This document shows, piece after piece, positions 30,148 through 39,073 of a DNA stretch of 64,000 bases. How positions within the stretch are numbered: the first letter of the stretch is position 1; every line of letters begins with the position of its first letter. Under the pieces are notes generated by a model. It was not told the DNA's origin and did not search any database. It saw only the letters and a program-made list of their open reading frames with translations. A program made the position numbers and the translations under genes. The stretch comes from Gammaproteobacteria bacterium (GTDB lineage Bacteria > Pseudomonadota > Gammaproteobacteria > Steroidobacterales > Rariloculaceae): NCBI GenBank assembly GCA_035513215.1, contig DATKCK010000029.1, positions 1,075 through 65,074 on the forward strand, written 5' to 3'.

Positions 30148-30582
30148 ATGGATTGGTTCAAGAGCATTTGGCCAGCTCGCATCCTCGTTATCGCGGGATT
30201 CCTGTTTGGCTGGAACAGCCTGGGCGCGACGGTGGGGCACATGGGCAACGAAGCCTTCCTGCTCGTGCCCGAGTCGCCGGTCGGTCAGACGCATAGCTGG
30301 CATCACTTCTTTCGGGAGCTCGGCGGCGACTTCGGGGCGATGGCGGCGATCCTCGTGATCCTGTTCGCCGCGCCGAAGTATCGGACGCCCGTGACCTGGT
30401 GGGTCATGTTGATACTGATGATCGGGTTCTACGCCCCATTCTGGGTCGGCGTTCCCTTCATGGCCGAGCTCGCCGCGCCGAATCTGCAGGCCGAGATCAA
30501 TCATCTGGCGATGGCGGTGCCCGCGCTGATCGGATGCTTTCTCGCGTGGCCGCATTTCATGCGGCGGGGGCACACGTTATAG
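30148..30582 (+). CDS. hypothetical membrane protein
   Basis: 144 aa with 4 predicted TM helices. No family recognised. Confidence 0.5.
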   Translation: MDWFKSIWPARILVIAGFLFGWNSLGATVGHMGNEAFLLVPESPVGQTHSWHHFFRELGGDFGAMAAILVILFAAPKYRTPVTWWVMLILMIGFYAPFWVGVPFMAELAAPNLQAEINHLAMAVPALIGCFLAWPHFMRRGHTL

Positions 30583-30595
30583 GCGTCGTCATCGC

Positions 30596-31147
30596 TCAGT
30601 CGAGGACGTCACTGCTCGGCGCGAGATAGCGCAGGAACTCCTCCTCGAACGCGAGCAATCGCATGTCGGTGATCCGGTCGACGTAGAGCTTGCCGTCGAG
30701 GTGGTCGAATTCGTGCTGAAACACGGTCGCGACAAAGCCCTCAAGCTCGATCGCCCGGGGGTTTCCGTCGATGTCGAGGTAGTCGACACGAACCTTCTGC
30801 GGCCGCTCGACGAATCCGCGGAGCCCGGGAACCGAGAGGCAGCCCTCCCAGAAGCCGCGCGATTCCGTCTCGAGCACCGTAATCGTTGGGTTGAAGAAGA
30901 CGGTCAGCGGCATCTCGGGCACGTCGCCGTAGCGCGTGCCGCTCTCGGGGATCTCGACGATGGCGATCCGTACCGATTCGCCGACCTGAGGCGCGGCGAG
31001 ACCGATACCGCCGTAGTCGTGCAGCGTGTCGATCATGTCGGCGATGAGAAGCCGCGTCTCGAAGCTTTCGATCGCCGCGGGATCGATCGGGTCGGCGGGG
31101 CGCCTCAAGACCGGATGCCCCATGCGCAGGACTTTGCGAACGGCCAT
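30596..31147 (-). CDS. def: peptide deformylase
   Basis: 183 aa. The three signature motifs GIGLAAPQVG, EGCLS and HEFDHLDG are present. Confidence 0.95.
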   Translation of the reverse strand: MAVRKVLRMGHPVLRRPADPIDPAAIESFETRLLIADMIDTLHDYGGIGLAAPQVGESVRIAIVEIPESGTRYGDVPEMPLTVFFNPTITVLETESRGFWEGCLSVPGLRGFVERPQKVRVDYLDIDGNPRAIELEGFVATVFQHEFDHLDGKLYVDRITDMRLLAFEEEFLRYLAPSSDVLD

Positions 31148-31221
31148 GGCTTTCGTCCGGACTCGCTATCACTCGAATCGTTGCTAATCTAGGCTCAAGT
31201 GTAACGGTATCCAACGAACCG

Positions 31222-31857
31222 ATGTGCGGCCGCTATCTGACGCCCGGAGAAGCCGATCTCGAGCGGGCCTGGGACCTGAAGCTCCCCGCGGATTACCGGC
31301 AGTCGTTCAATCTCGCGCCGAGCCAGCGCGCGCCGGTCGTGCGCCCCGATCGCGAAGGCGCGAGAGAGCTTGCGCTGGTCGTCTGGGGCTTCAGGCCGCA
31401 GTGGGCGAAGCGCGCGTGGATCAATGCGCGGTCGGAGACGGTCTTTACGTCGCGCGCCTTCGAGCACGCCGCGAGGCGTCATCGTTGCCTCGTTCTGGCG
31501 CTCGGCTGGTACGAGTGGCAGGGGGAGAAGGCGCCGAAGCAGCCTTGGCTATTTCACGTCGACGGATTCCGGCCGTTCGCTTTCGCCGGCATCTGGACCC
31601 CAGGCGGTCCCGAGCTGCCGCATTCGTTTGCGATTCTGACGACCGATGCGCCGCCCGCGCTCGCCGGTATCCACGACCGGATGCCGGTGGTCGTCAACGA
31701 GGCCGATTACGCGCGCTGGCTCGCACCCGATTGCGGCGAAGCGGAGGCGCAAGCGATTCTCGGCAACAACCGGTCCGACATGGCGTTCTACAAGGTGTCG
31801 CCTTACGTCAACAAGCCCGAGCACAACGACGCAGCCTGTATCCGACCGGTGGAGTGA
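31222..31857 (+). CDS. SOS-response-associated peptidase (SRAP/YedK family, abasic-site processing)
   Basis: 211 aa beginning MCGRY, with the catalytic Cys2. Confidence 0.85.
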   Translation: MCGRYLTPGEADLERAWDLKLPADYRQSFNLAPSQRAPVVRPDREGARELALVVWGFRPQWAKRAWINARSETVFTSRAFEHAARRHRCLVLALGWYEWQGEKAPKQPWLFHVDGFRPFAFAGIWTPGGPELPHSFAILTTDAPPALAGIHDRMPVVVNEADYARWLAPDCGEAEAQAILGNNRSDMAFYKVSPYVNKPEHNDAACIRPVE

Positions 31858-31874
31858 AGCGGAGCCAGGCGCCG

Positions 31875-32528
31875 CTAGGCGCCGAGCAGGTACATCTGGC
31901 CCGCCGTCCCGATTCGATGACCGCTCTTCTTCGTGAACGCCTCGCTGCCGGCTTCGATGAGTTTGAGCTCGAGGAGTCGTCGAATCACGGGCTTGAGGTT
32001 TTGCCTCGTTTGCCTCAGGCGTGTCGCGAGCTCGTCGAGCGTCATGACGTCGCCGTCCTCGAGGCCCGACAGGCAGCGCAGCACGGCGGTCTCGATGTTC
32101 GCGAGAACGACCGATTCGACGACGAGATCGTCGCTTCGCTCGGCGCGGAACCTCGAGTTGATCAGCGCGACCGTGCGGCGTCTCAGGATCCGAACCTGCC
32201 GCTTGAGCTCCTCATGGCGGCCGAGCGCCCAGGAGGTCAGTCGGCGGTCAAATTCGCGAATCGCATTCAGCAGGCTGCCGGCTACGATGATGGCTGCGAG
32301 CCAGATCAGAACGGACGCCCAGATCGAGACGGCGCCGCCGTAGTCCTCGCTGCCGAGCTCGAAGAACTCCGCGACGCCGGGCGCGTGATTGATCAGGAGA
32401 TAGAGAAACGCGTCGCCCGGCAGGAGCAGGATCTCGAGCGACCACGATCCGAGATCGCCGATCGTGATGCGGCCGTCACCGTTGATATCGGCGCCGAGCC
32501 TTACCCAAAGAGAGTCGTCTTCGTTCAT
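31875..32528 (-). CDS. hypothetical protein: EF-hand-like Ca-binding loop + TM segments + C-terminal winged-helix (MarR-like) domain
   Basis: 217 aa. DINGDGRITIGD loop at residues 14-25, two or three hydrophobic helices, and a C-terminal …LDELATRLRQTRQNLKPVIRRLLELKLIE…. Confidence 0.6.
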   Translation of the reverse strand: MNEDDSLWVRLGADINGDGRITIGDLGSWSLEILLLPGDAFLYLLINHAPGVAEFFELGSEDYGGAVSIWASVLIWLAAIIVAGSLLNAIREFDRRLTSWALGRHEELKRQVRILRRRTVALINSRFRAERSDDLVVESVVLANIETAVLRCLSGLEDGDVMTLDELATRLRQTRQNLKPVIRRLLELKLIEAGSEAFTKKSGHRIGTAGQMYLLGA

Positions 32529-32589
32529 GAGCAGCCCCGACTGGCACTGCGTTTATGAACCTATCTTGGCACCGGCCAAGAGCGCGGCA

Positions 32590-32605
32590 TGTGACGTACG
32601 TCACA
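32590..32605. promoter_or_regulatory. perfect CRP/Vfr/Clp-type palindrome TGTGA-N6-TCACA
   Basis: TGTGACGTACGTCACA is a perfect 16-bp palindrome. It lies 62 nt upstream of the start of the 31875..32528 gene. Confidence 0.5.
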
Positions 32606-32710
32606 GGGGGAAAACGTCTCGTGGGACCCTGACGAGCCCAACGCGGGCCCGACATCCGGCTGGTCTGCCGAGAGAGAGTGTCCGACTACAGGAGCACGCT
32701 CGCTCGTGCC

Positions 32711-33475
32711 TCAGGATTTGCGGTTCCGCCGTGGCTTGCTTCTCGCATTGCGCACGAACACGGACCTATGCCCCTTGTCCCCGCTCGACTCGCGGCGGAC
32801 CTCGAACAGGTCAATCGATTCGAGCAGCGAGCTCAGCTTGGCGAAGCCGTAGTGACGTGAGTCGAAGTCAGGCTTCTGCGACGAGATCTGCTTGCCGACC
32901 TGGCCGAGCTCGGCCCAGCCGCCCTCGTCGGCACTCGCTTCAATGGCCGAGCGCAAAAGGTTGACGAGCCCCGTGTCGCGCTTGAGATTCTCGGCCGACG
33001 CGGCCGCGGTCTTCTTCGGCGCCTCCTCCGGGTCGGTCAGGATGTCGACGAAGGTGAATTTGTCGCAGGCGCTGACGAAGGCACTGGGCGTCTTGCGCTC
33101 GCCGAAACCGTAGACGACGAGCCCGCTCTCCCGGATCCTCGATGCCAGCCGCGTGAAGTCGCTGTCGCTCGAGACGAGACAGAAGCCGTCGACCTTGCCG
33201 CTGTAGAGAGTATCCATGGCATCGATGATCATCGCCGTATCGGTCGCGTTCTTGCCGACGGTGTAGCGAAACTGCTGAATCGGCACGATCGAGTGATTGA
33301 GCAATGAGGTCTTCCAGCCGCCGAGATGCGGCGTCGTCCAGTCGCCGTAGATGCGCTTGACGGTCAGGACGCCGAATTTCGATATCTCGGACAAGAGGCC
33401 GGCAATGATCGCGGGCGATGCATTGTCGGCGTCGATGAGCAATGCCAGGCGCTGGGCCTCGACGGGTCTTTCCAT
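32711..33475 (-). CDS. NYN-domain (LabA-like) protein with C-terminal OST-HTH/LOTUS domain
   Basis: Start at MERPVEAQRLALLIDADN. NYN core (…LVSSDSDFTRL…) and a C-terminal OST-HTH-like segment (…GWAELGQVGKQI…FDSRHYGFAKLSSLL…). Confidence 0.8.
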   Translation of the reverse strand: MERPVEAQRLALLIDADNASPAIIAGLLSEISKFGVLTVKRIYGDWTTPHLGGWKTSLLNHSIVPIQQFRYTVGKNATDTAMIIDAMDTLYSGKVDGFCLVSSDSDFTRLASRIRESGLVVYGFGERKTPSAFVSACDKFTFVDILTDPEEAPKKTAAASAENLKRDTGLVNLLRSAIEASADEGGWAELGQVGKQISSQKPDFDSRHYGFAKLSSLLESIDLFEVRRESSGDKGHRSVFVRNARSKPRRNRKS

Positions 33476-33480
33476 GCGTC

Positions 33481-34320
33481 TCAATCCTTGCCCTTGAAGT
33501 GCTCGACGCCCGGCTTGAAGGTCTTATCGTCGAGGAAGGCCTTCATCGCGCTCTGGCGGTTCTCGGCGCCGCCGAGATGCAGCGCCTCGGCCATCTTGGC
33601 GTAGAGATAATCGGCCGAAACCTCCCAATCCATGTATCGCGTGCGCTTCATCGCGAGCTTGGCGCCGCGCAGCACGGTCTGATTCTTCTCGAGCAGCGTC
33701 TGGGCCAGCGCCCGCGTCCGGTCCCTAAGCTCCGCGAGCGGCACGGCTTCGTTGACGAGCCCCATTTCGGCGGCCTTCCTGCCGTTGAAGGATTCGCCCG
33801 TCATCGTGTAGTAGAGCGCGTTGCGGTAGCCCATCGTCTCGATCGCCGCCTTGGTCACGTTGCCGGCCGGAAGGATGCCCCAGTTGACCTCGGACAGTCC
33901 GAATATGGCTTCCTCGGCCGCTATCGCGAGATCGCACGCGCAAACCGGGGTGAACGCGCCGCCGAAGCACCAGCCGTTGACCATGGCGATCGTCGGCTTC
34001 GGATAGTCTCTCAAGCGCCGCCATTGCCACTCCTCGGCGACGCGCCGGACGTTGAGCAGCACCGTGTCGGGCGCGTTATCGGTCGCGCGGAAGTACTCCT
34101 TGAGATCCATGCCGGCCGCGAACGACTCGCCGGCCCCCGTCAGGACGAAGACGCCGCAGCGCTCGTCCACGGCCAGGGCCTCGACCACGTCGCGCATTTC
34201 CTCGTTGAGCGCAGGGCTCATGGCGTTACGCTTCTCGGGCCGATTCAGTGTCACCCAGGCGATGCCGTCCTCGAATTCGACGAGGACGTTCCTGCCCCAG
34301 GGTTCGCGAGCTGCCGTCAT
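33481..34320 (-). CDS. crotonase-superfamily hydroxycinnamoyl-CoA hydratase/lyase-like enzyme (HCHL/Ech family)
   Basis: 279 aa. There are long stretches matching my memory of Pseudomonas HCHL (…EDGIAWVTLNRPEKRNAMSP…, …KPTIAMVNGWCFGG…, …FLDDK…KPG…). Confidence 0.8.
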   Translation of the reverse strand: MTAAREPWGRNVLVEFEDGIAWVTLNRPEKRNAMSPALNEEMRDVVEALAVDERCGVFVLTGAGESFAAGMDLKEYFRATDNAPDTVLLNVRRVAEEWQWRRLRDYPKPTIAMVNGWCFGGAFTPVCACDLAIAAEEAIFGLSEVNWGILPAGNVTKAAIETMGYRNALYYTMTGESFNGRKAAEMGLVNEAVPLAELRDRTRALAQTLLEKNQTVLRGAKLAMKRTRYMDWEVSADYLYAKMAEALHLGGAENRQSAMKAFLDDKTFKPGVEHFKGKD

Positions 34321-34358
34321 TTCTGTCCTCCCAGACTAAAGCAGCCTATGGTACACGC

Positions 34359-35225
34359 TTACCCGGCCGAGCCAGCCTGTGCGAGAAGCGCCTTGGCACG
34401 CTTGACGACCGGCACGTCGATGACCCGGCCGTCGAGCGAGGTTGAGCCGCGCCCCGTGCGTTCGGCCGCCTCGAATGCGGCGACGATGCGTTTTGCCTCT
34501 TCGATCTCGGCTTCGCTCGGTGAGAAGCAGGCGTTGATCGCTTCGATCTGATCGGGATGAATCGCGAAGCGGCCCTTGAAGCCGAGACGCTTCGCGGCGA
34601 GCGAGCTCGATTCGAGCCCGTCCCTGTCGCGAAACTGAAAGTAGGGCGTGTCGAGCGCGAGCACGCCTGCGGCTCGCGCTGCGTTACAGATCGTCGACCG
34701 CGCATAGATCAGATTGGACTCGTCGTCGAGCCGCTCGATTCCGAGATCCGCCGTGTAATCCTCGCCGCCGAAGGCAACGGCAGCGATGCGCTCGCTCGCC
34801 GTGCAGATCTCATAGCAGTTGACGATCGCGCGTGCCGTCTCGATCCAGGGAACCAGGCGCAGGCTGCCGCTATCGAGTCCGATGTTGCGTTCGCAGCGGG
34901 CGAGCGCAGCGGAGATCAGGCTAACATCTCCTGCCGATTCGACCTTCCCGATCGAGATCCCGTAGACACCCGGCACGGCAACGGCCGCAACGTCGTCCTC
35001 GAACCAGTCCGTTCGAATCGCGTTGACGCGCGGCAACAGCAGCGCGGCGTGCGCCGCGAGCCGCGGCAGCCACTCGACGATCGTCGAGCGCGCCGAGGCC
35101 TTCTCGGCGTCGGGCACCGAGTCCTCCATGTCGGGCACGAGTACGTCGGGCGCGAGGCCCGCTGCCTTGGCGAGCATGCTTGCCTTGTTGCCGGGGATGA
35201 ACAGCAGGCTTCGCACCGGCGTCAT
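34359..35225 (-). CDS. HpcH/HpaI aldolase / citrate-lyase beta (CitE)-like acyl-CoA lyase
   Basis: 288 aa. …RSLLFIPGN…, …VPDMEDSV… and …IHPDQI… motifs of CitE/malyl-CoA-lyase-like proteins. 4-nt overlap with the upstream gene. Confidence 0.8.
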   Translation of the reverse strand: MTPVRSLLFIPGNKASMLAKAAGLAPDVLVPDMEDSVPDAEKASARSTIVEWLPRLAAHAALLLPRVNAIRTDWFEDDVAAVAVPGVYGISIGKVESAGDVSLISAALARCERNIGLDSGSLRLVPWIETARAIVNCYEICTASERIAAVAFGGEDYTADLGIERLDDESNLIYARSTICNAARAAGVLALDTPYFQFRDRDGLESSSLAAKRLGFKGRFAIHPDQIEAINACFSPSEAEIEEAKRIVAAFEAAERTGRGSTSLDGRVIDVPVVKRAKALLAQAGSAG

Positions 35226-36211
35226 CGATCCCCGATGCGCAGTACGATCTTGCCGAAATGCTCACTCGCTTCCATCCGGCGGTGCGCGTCGGCGACGCGC
35301 TCGAGCGGCAGCTCGCTGTCGATCATGGGCGCGATCCGGCCCTCGGCGAACAAAGGCATGACGGTTTTGGTGAAGTCGGCGATGATCGCTGCCTTTTCCG
35401 CCTTCGGCCGCGGACGCAGGACCGACCCGATGATGCGCTGGCGCCTGACCATGAGGCGCCCGAGGCTCAAGCTCGCATCGCTGCCCTTCATGATGCCGAT
35501 GATGACGAGCCGGCCGCCGATAGCTAGCGCTTCGAGGTTCTGCTCAAGATAAGCCGCGCCGATGTGATCGAGTATGACGTCGACACCGTGTGAGTCGGTG
35601 AAGCGCCCGATCTCGCCCGCGAAATCCTGGCTCGTGTAATCGATGACGAGATCAGGCCCGAGCCGGGCGACGCGATTGAGCTTGCCGGCAGAGGCCGTGA
35701 CGATGATCGGGCTTTGCGGGCAAAGGGCATCGACGAGCTGGATGGCCGCCGTGTTCACGCCGCCGCCGCCACCATGCAGCAGTACGCTCTCGCCGTCGGC
35801 CAGGTTCGCGTTTCGAAACAGGTTGTGCCAGGCCGTGATATAGGTCTCGGCGACGCAGGCCGCCTGCTCGAATGGCATGTCGGCCGGTACCGGGAGCGTC
35901 AGCGCCGCGTCGGCGACGCAGAGCTCGGCATAGGCGCCGCCGCTGACGAGCGCGAAGACGCGGTCGCCGACGGCAGGCGAGCTGACACCGGGTCCGGCCC
36001 CGACGACCGTTCCGGCGCACTCGAGCCCTAGTATCTCCGACTCCCCCGGCGGCGGCGGGTAGTGTCCCTGCCGCTGCACGATGTCGGGACGGTTCACCGA
36101 CGTCGCGGCGACCTCGATCAGCACCTGACCTTTGCCCGGAACGGGCGCCGCAATCTGATCGATGCGCATGACCTCGGCGGCGCCGAAGGAATCCATGACG
36201 ACGGCCTTCAC
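35222..36211 (-). CDS. NAD(P)H:quinone oxidoreductase (zinc-independent MDR, Qor/PIG3-like)
   Basis: Start moved to the GTG at 36211 (MKAVVMDSFGAAEV…). The ORF's extra 31 N-terminal residues are atypical. Rossmann motif …LLHGGGGGVNTAAIQL…. Confidence 0.8.
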   Translation of the reverse strand: MKAVVMDSFGAAEVMRIDQIAAPVPGKGQVLIEVAATSVNRPDIVQRQGHYPPPPGESEILGLECAGTVVGAGPGVSSPAVGDRVFALVSGGAYAELCVADAALTLPVPADMPFEQAACVAETYITAWHNLFRNANLADGESVLLHGGGGGVNTAAIQLVDALCPQSPIIVTASAGKLNRVARLGPDLVIDYTSQDFAGEIGRFTDSHGVDVILDHIGAAYLEQNLEALAIGGRLVIIGIMKGSDASLSLGRLMVRRQRIIGSVLRPRPKAEKAAIIADFTKTVMPLFAEGRIAPMIDSELPLERVADAHRRMEASEHFGKIVLRIGDR

Positions 36212-36336
36212 TGATCGCGGCTCAGATTTGGTGTTGTTGTGCCAGCGGCATCTCCTTACTATACCGGACCGGTTCGGGTGCGGCGTCGACCAGACGGGCG
36301 ACACGGCTGACGATTCCCGGCGAGAAAGGAAGCAAG

Positions 36337-37533
36337 GTGTTCGAATCCCTGGAACGACTCCCGGCCGATGCCATCATCGGCATCATGGCGCTGTTTCGCG
36401 CCGACCCCAGCAAGAACAAGGTCGATCTCAGCGTCGGCGTCTATCAGGACGACGAGGGCAGGACGCCGATCCTCGAATGCGTCCGCCGAGGGGAGAAAGC
36501 CATGCTCGAGGCGCAGTCCACGAAGACGTACGTCGGGATTACGGGTAATGCCGGATTCAATTCGGGCATTCAGGAGTTGATCTTCGGTCGCGACCATGAG
36601 GTCGTCGCCGACCAGCGAGTCGCGACCGTTCAGACGCCGGGCGGCAGCGGCGGACTTTGCGTCGCAGCTCATCTTATTCATCGCGCGCGTCATGGCGTGC
36701 ACGTGCACATCAGCGATCCGTCGTGGCCGAACCATCTGCCGCTGTTGAAGCTCGCCGGCCTCGCCATCGAGCAGTATCCCTACTACGACAATGCCGAGCA
36801 TCGCATCGACTTCGAGGGCATGGTCAAGGCCGTCGAGGCGATTCATTCCGGTCACGTCCTGCTGTTGCACGGCTGCTGCCACAACCCCTGCGGCGCGGAT
36901 CTCTCGAAGGAGCAGTGGCACGTGCTCGCCGAGCTCTGCCAGCGCCGCAAGATCGTTCCGTTTATCGATCTGGCCTACCAGGGCCTGAGCCAGGGGCTCG
37001 AGGAAGACGCATATGGCGTTCGGATCATGGCCGAGCACGTGCCGGAGCTCATCGTCGTCGCATCGTGCTCGAAGAACTTCGGGCTTTATCGTGAGCGCGT
37101 CGGCTCGGTCAGCGTCGTTGCCGCGGACACGGAGTCGCGCGACAGGATCCTGACCAATCTTGCGAACGTCGCGCGCGGGCTTTACTCGATGCCGCCCGAC
37201 CACGGCGCGGCGATCGTCGATCGCGTGCTGCACGATGCCGAGCTCAGGCGGCTCTGGGAATCGGAGGTCGGCGAGATCAGGGAACGGATCAACGGGCTCC
37301 GGCAACTGTTCGTCGAGAAGATCGCGGAGCGGAGAACGCCGCGGGATTTTTCCTTCATTGCCCATGAACGGGGCATGTTCTCGTTTCTCGGCATCAGCAA
37401 GGAGCAGGTCGTCCGGCTGCGCGAGGAGTTCCATGTTTACATGCTGGAGTCGAGCCGGATCAATCTGGCCGGCATCAACTCGTCCAACGTCGAATACGTC
37501 GTCGATTCCATCGCCAAGGTTTTGAGCCGCTGA
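36337..37533 (+). CDS. aromatic-amino-acid / aspartate aminotransferase (class I, TyrB/AspC type)
   Basis: 398 aa with a GTG start. MFESLERLPADAIIG… N-terminus and a PLP-lysine context …SCSKNFGLYRERVG…. Confidence 0.9.
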   Translation: MFESLERLPADAIIGIMALFRADPSKNKVDLSVGVYQDDEGRTPILECVRRGEKAMLEAQSTKTYVGITGNAGFNSGIQELIFGRDHEVVADQRVATVQTPGGSGGLCVAAHLIHRARHGVHVHISDPSWPNHLPLLKLAGLAIEQYPYYDNAEHRIDFEGMVKAVEAIHSGHVLLLHGCCHNPCGADLSKEQWHVLAELCQRRKIVPFIDLAYQGLSQGLEEDAYGVRIMAEHVPELIVVASCSKNFGLYRERVGSVSVVAADTESRDRILTNLANVARGLYSMPPDHGAAIVDRVLHDAELRRLWESEVGEIRERINGLRQLFVEKIAERRTPRDFSFIAHERGMFSFLGISKEQVVRLREEFHVYMLESSRINLAGINSSNVEYVVDSIAKVLSR

Positions 37534-37537
37534 TGGT

Positions 37538-38752
37538 TTGCGTCTGAAGCCCCCATTCGATCGGCTCCTGCTGCCGATCTACGTCCCGTCGCTGATCGTC
37601 TCGGCGAGTCAGACGGCGCTGCTCATATTGCTGCCGCTCTATGTCGTCGAGCTTGGAATGAGTGCAGCGATCGCGGCGCTGATCGTCGGCATTCGCGGTA
37701 TCGGGCTCCTGCTGTTCGACGTTCCCGCAGGGATGTTCGCAAGCCGTTTCGGCGATCGCGCCATCCTGCTGCTCGGTCTCGCCGTGCTCGTGGCCGGCAC
37801 GGGGCTCATCGCGCTCTCGGCGAACCCCTGGCTGCTTGCGCTCGGCGCGTTTTTGACCGGCGCCGGCTTCGCCGCCTGGATGCTCGGACGTCAGTCCTAT
37901 ATCGCCGACACCTGCGCACCGCGCGAGACGGGCCGGGCGATTACCGTCATGGCGGGCCTTCAGCGCGTCGGGATCTTCATCGGCCCCGGACTCGGTGGCG
38001 TGCTCGCGGCGGCGACAAGCTACTCGCTGACATTCGCCGTCGGCGCCGCGATCACCGTTGCGGCGGGCGCGCTCGTCTGGCCCTACTGCCAGGTGGGCAG
38101 CCGGCCGTCAGCGGGCGACGCGGCCGGGCACTTCAGTCTCGCGCCGACGCTCAGGCTCGCGCGCCGACATGCGCGCGTGTTCCTGACTGCCGGTTGGGCG
38201 GCGATGTCGCTTCAGCTCATGCGCGCGACGCGCATGCTGCTCGTGCCGCTCGCCGGTGTCGAGCTCGGGCTCGACGCCGCGGCCGTCGGGCTCATCTTTT
38301 CGGTCTCTGCCGGCATCGACATGTGCCTCTTCTACCCGGTCGGCTGGGTCGTCGACCGGCACGGGCGCAGATGGAGTGCCGTTCCGAGCCTGACGCTGTT
38401 CGCTCTCGGTCTCGCGTTGCTGCCGCTGGCATCGGGTTTCGCCTCGCTGCTCGCCGTCGCCTGCCTGCTCGGCTTCGCGAACGGAATCGGCACCGGCATC
38501 GTCATGATCATCGGTGCCGATCTCTCGCGCCGCTCCGAGGACCGCAGCCAGTTTCTCGGCGTCTGGCGCCTGATCGGCGACGCCGGCATGAGCGGCGCGC
38601 CGCTTTTGAGCGCGGCCTTGTTGAGCGTCGCCAGCCTGGCGGCGGCCAGCGTCGTCGTCGCCGCGCTCGGGTTCGCCGGCGCTTTCGTCATGCTAACGCT
38701 GGTGCCCGAGACGCTCGAGCGTGGGCCGACAGACTCCACTGAACGCCCATAG
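37538..38752 (+). CDS. MFS transporter
   Basis: 404 aa with 12 TM helices. It lies 4 nt after the aminotransferase stop. Its 3' end (…LVPETLERGP…) is partially duplicated at 48463-48533. Confidence 0.85.
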   Translation: MRLKPPFDRLLLPIYVPSLIVSASQTALLILLPLYVVELGMSAAIAALIVGIRGIGLLLFDVPAGMFASRFGDRAILLLGLAVLVAGTGLIALSANPWLLALGAFLTGAGFAAWMLGRQSYIADTCAPRETGRAITVMAGLQRVGIFIGPGLGGVLAAATSYSLTFAVGAAITVAAGALVWPYCQVGSRPSAGDAAGHFSLAPTLRLARRHARVFLTAGWAAMSLQLMRATRMLLVPLAGVELGLDAAAVGLIFSVSAGIDMCLFYPVGWVVDRHGRRWSAVPSLTLFALGLALLPLASGFASLLAVACLLGFANGIGTGIVMIIGADLSRRSEDRSQFLGVWRLIGDAGMSGAPLLSAALLSVASLAAASVVVAALGFAGAFVMLTLVPETLERGPTDSTERP

Positions 38753-39073
38753 CGCCAGGATCGGAAATAGCTCCCTGCCCTGACGTCCTCGACGGCTTCG
38801 TTGATTTCCTCGCCGGCGCGCTCAAGCGGGCCGCTTCGCGAAGCATCGGGTCTACGCGGCCGCGCGGTCTGTATGCTGGCGCACGTAGCGGCTCGCCTTA
38901 GGTGCGTCAGCGTACAGACGTCGCTGCGCGCTGAAGCTAGCGTCATTCGATGACGAGAAAAGCCGAGATCGGCTGCTGCGCGCTCGGGATCGCGCTGCTC
39001 GCGATTACTTCGGAGCGCGCACAGGGCGAAATTGGGCGGCAGCAGTCGATCCCTGAACTAGGTAGGCGATAGG

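Noticed and set aside
31148-31221. Possible LexA (SOS) box upstream of the SRAP/YedK-like gene
   Set aside because: No CTGT-N8-ACAG or other recognisable LexA operator is present in the 74-bp intergenic region.
38332-38946. 204-aa minus-strand ORF spanning the MFS 3' end and the start of the putative island, checked as a possible integrase remnant
   Set aside because: The translation is Ser/Arg/Ala-rich with no recombinase motifs (no R…HxxR…Y pattern). It mostly overlaps the well-supported MFS gene.
38950-39072. 40-codon ORF MTRKAEIGCCALGIALLAITSERAQG… with a signal-peptide-like N-terminus just upstream of the FG-GAP gene
   Set aside because: It is short, has no recognisable RBS or family, and could equally be 5'-UTR. 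There is not enough support to annotate it.
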